A stretch of DNA of 64,000 nucleotides from Ostrea edulis (lineage: Eukaryota). Both the position numbers and the translations under genes were made by a program. Location of the stretch: the NCBI RefSeq assembly GCF_947568905.1, contig NC_079165.1, positions 101,122,001-101,186,000 of the forward strand, in the 5' to 3' direction. The first letter of the stretch is position 1. Each line of letters begins with the position of its first letter. The notes under the pieces were generated by a model that ran no database searches, was not told the origin of the DNA, and saw only the letters and a list, made by a program, of their open reading frames with translations. Shown piece by piece: positions 59,401 to 64,000 of the stretch.

Positions 59401-62400
59401 AACCGTTGAAAATGCTGAATTCGTGAGATCACTGGTGCTATAAACAGTGATGAAATAGAAATGCTTCATGAATGATGAAGAAAGAAACCCACACGATTCA
59501 TGTTGATGCAGTACGGCATTTTTCGTGATATATTTTTGGCACACGAAAGCATCAATCCACACTACTTTGAACGGGAACCTCATTAACGAGCAATATTTCA
59601 ATGGAATATCATCGAATTTGCACAATATCCCGCTATATAATTTCTATGATGAACTGCTTCGATATTGTGGTAATCGTTATCACATTCTTTAAAATGTTTA
59701 AGCTCTCTATGCTTTCAGGTAAATGAGGCTAAGACCTTAAATGTAAAAAAAAAACAAAAAAAACCCAGTCTTTCCCTACACTGAATATAAAAGTCCACAC
59801 TGCTTACTCACACGACTATTTTGTCACTGGTCTCCAGCTGATCATCCTCTACTGGAGTTGGGCAGTTTATTGGATAGGCTGTCACTGTGCTATTGCCAAG
59901 CGGTATGTTGGACAGAACTAGAAAGAAACAACGTAACATATATTGTGCCCCCTCCTCACAGAAAGGATGAGGGAGAAAAGGGTGAGAAAGAGAGAGAGAA
60001 AAAAATTCTAATTTAAGATTTGAAGCGATATCTTCAACCCTTTTGAAATTCTCATCCCCAGCCCTTGAGCCACTAGGAATCTTCAAGTGATACAAAATCT
60101 CTAGATATGGTCATCCCAACTCAGATACGAAATTATTTATATCTAGCATCGGTGCTCCCTTCAAATAACACCCTTATTGCAGTATTCTTTTCATATTTAG
60201 AATCCATGTTTCTATCCACATAAACTTACATGCATTGACAACCTTGACAAGGTCATCACTGCTGCAGGACTTAGGGAAGCACATTCCTGCTTTGATGGCG
60301 CCGGGATTTTGCATTGCCGAAAGAAACTAAGGAATGAAAAACTAAAATTATGTAAGTACTTATAAGTGTATGCATTGTTCATAAACAACGGGTATATATA
60401 TTCATTGCTTTCCATTTCCACTTTTGCGAAACTGTTGATTAAAATATTGCCAGTTTTGGAATGTATAGAAGTCATGACCCTTTGATTGATACTATTGTAA
60501 ATGGATGATTAGAGGTGAAAAGGTTGATTAAATGCATCCTATTGCTTTATCATGGGTAAAAATACGTAGAGCAGGCTTTTATCGTGTGACAGTTCGTTAT
60601 ATTTACTTTTTCTGTAGTTCGTTTTTGGTAGCGATCAATTAGCAAAGTAGACAGACTAGATTTAATAGAAAGCGCTGTCGCTACTAACGTGATAATTTCA
60701 AACAAAACCAAAGGTGTGATACAAACCCCTTTGACCGCAGGCGGTAGTGGAAGATTCAGGGACACGGTGCAATATTGTCCATTGACAGGGGGTTGAGTTG
60801 TTGGTAGAATCCCGAACGCTTCTAAAGTTGTGACGTCGCTGTAACACTCGTCATAGGAGCCATACCAGTTCAAATCCAGGTTCATAACACCTGTGGGTAT
60901 TTTAGCTGATGCATCCAACACTGAAAAGGAAAGCATAGATAAAAAAAAAGACTACTGCTATTGGTCTGTGGCTGTCGTCTTGCGTTGTCCGTCGTGCGTT
61001 AACAATTAAACATTTTTACTACCTTGTTCAAAAATGCTTTAAATTGACACATTTTAAAAAAATCTTCTCTACCACTGCGAATCTGTAAGAACATGTTGAG
61101 CATTTCTATTATCCTCAGGCTTCTGACTCTAGGTCGGGGCCAAACTTGGCATGTAGTGTTTATATGTAAAACATTTGAAGGCTATCTTCTTTAAAGAGAC
61201 TCGTTAACGTTTTTTAAAAATGTTTTTCATTTTAGATGTTTTTAAAAACATTAGAATTACTGTAAATCTCATTTGACGTTGACAACCAAAGCTTGGATCT
61301 GATAAGAGCAATATGTTAGCCTTAACTCAGACTTATGTAAACATGCCTCGAGCCTTGTTTATGTTTATAAACAAAGCAGCGAAATATCGATTGTTTAATT
61401 TAAAGTAACTTTATTTTGCACAGCCACAAATTTTACTTCATCATATGGCATATTTTACGTAAAGAATACTTGAAATATGATATATATCATATATTTATAT
61501 TGATAACCATATTTTTCGTTAAAAGTGAAAAACTAAATTTTGGTAAAAATTGTGAATCAATCCCTTTAATGCCATTGATACTAAATTGAAACTAAACAGA
61601 TAATCAAATGGAGTAGGTAGCCCTTTACCAAAATTGTACGTTATAAAGATCCCAGGGGTAGTGCTCTTGGAACCAGGGTGAGGCCTAAATTATCATAGTG
61701 ATTATTTTGTTTATCATTTGAAAGACTTCTTTAATTTTGTTGATGCTATATAAAAACTAAATGCATATTTAGGAGAAGCAGAGAGGGATTTATTAAAATT
61801 TTGAATTATGCAATCCCAGGGTTCTAACACTAGGGCGGGTTCAGAATAGCCATATGGTGTTAATCTAACATATATCATATCATGTAAAGTCTTTCATCTG
61901 TGTGGGAACTTTAGAGGGGTGTTACTTCTGCTGGATATTAGAATTTATCTGAGATATGCAGAACAGGAAAAGCATTATCTATTCCATAGCCCCTGAGACT
62001 AGTTATACTATAAACCAATACCAGGTGACCAAAGAAGCCGGTGGGCCTCTTGATGCTACAACTTGCATATTGGACATAGTTTGACCATACGAAGGTCCAC
62101 GTGTTCTTCCAAGGGAATCTAGGATAATTAGGACCATTAAAGACATAACGTGTGTGATAGCTTACAAATACATGCCACATAGGCAGTTTATACACAAGTC
62201 ATTGTAGGGGTCTTTAACAGAGGAAAGTTAATGTCAAATTTTGTTTCTTTGTGTAGTGTAAATAGATTGAAGGAATCGGACAGCGGGTTCATTTATATCT
62301 CCTCTCTCCCTCCTATCGATTTCTCTCTCCTTTTCTTTCACCCCCTCAGTTCTTGTTGCCCTATCCGACCTTACAGTATCAAAATTCATTCCTACATCAC

Positions 62401-64000
62401 CTACATATGGAGTCTGCATTGATATTTTTCTATGTTGTTAATCCCCTAACGGTTTGTAAAACCAAAGTGGAATATAGCTTTCTTCTCCATTTGTCCGTCC
62501 GTCCCTCTCTCTGACTGTCATTCTCTCCCATTAGTTTTGCAGACTTATTTCTGTTATGCTTGCATGCATTCATTTGAAACTTGCTGTGTAGTTTCAGAGT
62601 GGCAAATTACAGATTAAGTTACGCTTGATGGACAAGTTTTAAAGAAATTAGGTGGTTTTTTTTACTCAACGGGATCGGGATGTGTTCCGATGGAAATAGA
62701 GATAGTCGACGAACCTCAATCGCTGATTTTGTAAATAAGAACTTCATTAATCTAACATTTCAAGCTCATTAATCGCAAAAGGAACATATCAATGAAGATG
62801 TATAGCAAATATGTTAATCCCGCTAGTATGTTTGTGTAGTTGGTGAGCGAAGTCTAATGCATCGGCAGTTCTCTATTCACTGCATTCCTACAATCGGCAG
62901 TTCTCTATTCACTGCATTCCTACAATCGGCAGTTCTCTATTCACTGCATTCCTACAATCGGCAGTTCTCTATTCACTGCATTCCTACAATCGGCAGTTCT
63001 CTATTCACTGCATTCCTACAATCGGGGGTATTCGATATCAGCCTTCAAACAGTTGATAGTAAGTAGTATGTAGAAGTCCTTTATAAATATACAGATGACG
63101 TCATGTGAATGTTATATTGGTGTGTTGTTTTGTGTCCCATTTACATGATTCTTTGAATATTATAAAGTATTATTTGCAAAGGCTATTCCATCCCTGATAA
63201 TAATTACCGGTACATGCATCCGACAACATTAAACTAATTGGATATTGGTAAGGTGGGTCATAGTTGAAGGTCAAACAATATCAAATGTACATTTTCTCAA
63301 ATATTTTAAAGTATAGTCGTCAATTAGTGGGGTTGTGCCGGTAAAGGACATGTATTGCTTATGCAATACTTTCAGAATGCTTGTTGGTCAAACAATTTCC
63401 AGGCTGTGCCATACATAGTATTACGACTTCGCAACCATATAAAGGTGATTTATCAATTTACCCAAATCTTTCGTATGTTAAGATATATTCTTACTTTTCA
63501 GTGCCCATGGTTGTGTCGATTGCAGACCAGAAATCACTCTGACAACATCACTCCGACAATTTGCAGAGGCATTCGTGTATTGCACAATTCCATTCAGGTA
63601 CAGCATCAGCATTTTCCCCGCAGTACTGGGATCTATGTTACCGCTAGTCAGCTGTTGTGCGATTTTCCCGAAGTCTAATCCGGAGGAGACACCGGTGTTT
63701 CCACCACCAAGCATTGAGCCGATGAATTTACCGATGTTAGGATTCTGGAGAATATTCTGGAAGATGTTTCCAAAGCCATCATTTGAAGAGTTGTTTTGGG
63801 AACCATTGCTTGGGCCTGAGGAATTGCCATTAGAGGATAAAGATCCCAGAAAATTGTTAAGGATGTTCTGAAAGACATTCCCTAGACCACCATTTGAAAT
63901 GTTGTTTTGGGAGCTGTTGTTTGTCTCTGGAGCGGTAAAGTTTGAAAGTTCTGAAATAAGATTCTGAAAGAGACCGCTCAAATCGGTTTGGTTGCTTTCC
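48619..64000 (-). CDS. nrf-6: NRF-6-like / O-acyltransferase-like protein, copy 2 (tandem paralog; start of exon 1 lies beyond the window)
   Basis: Exons: >64000-63495, 60920-60727, 60326-60230, 59917-59812, 57693-57473, 56977-56810, 56233-56137, 54876-54784, 54617-54461, 52083-52004, 50535-50410, 50252-50132, 49620-49425, 49004-48862, 48750-48619. Exons 2-15 have exactly the same lengths as in copy 1, and I saw no frameshift or stop. Confidence 0.92.
50600..50728 (-). mobile_element. 3'-terminal fragment of the same Penelope-like RT family
   Basis: AAGGTGATGATAACGAACAGTGATCAATCTC...AGGAGGAGTAAGCATCCC. Confidence 0.75.
52121..53067 (-). mobile_element. Second 5'-truncated copy of the Penelope-like RT family
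   Basis: Reverse-complement match to 47387-48334 (QGFQQSRLKSAFRKFYGRYNDL, RYIDDVL, GIPMGTNCA). Confidence 0.85.
53068..54245. repeat. 56-bp minisatellite (about 20 units) derived from the exon-10 acceptor and 5' coding sequence
   Basis: Unit GGATAAACATTGTTAATTAACCAAATGTAGAACTGTCTGTCATTATTCAAATACCA aligns with the exon 10/intron 9 junction at about 52030-52110, with a 6-bp deletion. Confidence 0.9.
55313..55501 (-). mobile_element. 3' end of the Penelope-like RT family
   Basis: AAAGGTGAAGATAACGAACAGTG...ATCCGTAGTTAAAATCAGTGT. Confidence 0.8.
55785..56095 (+). mobile_element. tRNA-derived SINE (same family as the split copy; orthologous partial copy at about 36395-36560 in paralog 1)
   Basis: A-box-like TGGCTCAGGG; shared body ...TGCTTCTTTGCCAAATGCTTG...GAGGTTCCATGTC...TTAAAGAACC...CTTACAGCTGG. 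Confidence 0.7.
56452..56660 (-). mobile_element. tRNA-headed SINE-like insertion next to (TA)n
   Basis: Minus strand has A-box-like TGGTCGAGCGG and B-box-like GTGAGTTCAACCCC. The acceptor stem pairs poorly. It is absent at the equivalent site of paralog 1. Confidence 0.5.
57925..58215. mobile_element. 291-bp MITE with perfect 34-bp TIRs and a 10-bp TSD (Mutator-like), nested in an older IR-bounded element (about 57810-58728)
   Basis: TIR CAATCGGAACTCCTCGAATGTCTCGCGCACTCGA; direct repeat CCGTCGGTGT at 57915-57924 and 58216-58225. Confidence 0.85.
58729..59127 (-). mobile_element. Non-LTR retrozyme: 352-nt monomer plus terminal redundancy
   Basis: Direct repeat ATGTAAAACTTATACGGT(T/A)CCAATTTTGATGCACC(A/G)GATG at 58729 and 59081 (period 352). 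One complete and one half hammerhead motif lie on the minus strand. Confidence 0.8.
58759..58802 (-). ncRNA. Minimal type I hammerhead ribozyme
   Basis: Minus strand: GCATCA CTGAAGA GACA ttatt TGTC GAAA TGCGCA TC TGGTGC. Stem I is GCATCA/TGGTGC, stem II is GACA/TGTC, stem III is the palindrome ATGCGCAT, and the predicted cleavage triplet is AUC (58765). Confidence 0.85.
62861..63025. repeat. 32-bp tandem repeat x5
   Basis: Unit ATCGGCAGTTCTCTATTCACTGCATTCCTACA, apparently perfect copies. Confidence 0.95.

Noticed and set aside
31431-64000. The two nrf-6 copies as uncollapsed haplotypes
   Set aside because: Deep introns are strongly diverged, TE content differs, and silent and replacement changes are numerous. 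A true tandem duplication is more likely, though read depth would be decisive.

Overview
AT-rich eukaryotic (bivalve, oyster-like) genomic DNA with no prokaryotic features. It holds three multi-exon lipid-handling genes. The first is a + strand CD36/scavenger receptor class B gene (LIMP-2-like; 11 coding exons in the window, 2378-26093, 5' exon outside). The other two are a tandem pair of - strand NRF-6/O-acyltransferase-like genes: copy 1 is complete (43517-31431, 15 exons, 902 aa) and copy 2 runs from beyond 64000 to 48619 with identical exon sizes. Introns and spacers are packed with mobile DNA: a GalEa-type Ty1/copia LTR element, a Tc1/mariner relic, Penelope-like fragments, tRNA-derived SINEs, Helentron-associated elements, several MITEs and many minisatellites. 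The most unusual signals are five. (1) A 352-nt hammerhead-ribozyme retrozyme unit sits in an intron, and a second hammerhead sits in a Penelope-like 3' region. (2) An intronic 56-bp array is built from the splice acceptor plus the first codons of the neighbouring conserved exon, and its expanded core has a dead AG. (3) The copia element lacks its terminal TG/CA and any TSD, and replaces about 27 bp of a SINE, suggesting integrase-independent capture. (4) The two paralogs share a near-identical intron tract beside an exon with mostly amino-acid-changing differences. (5) Several tandem arrays are nucleated exactly on splice sites. All coordinates and counts are manual reads; no searches were run.
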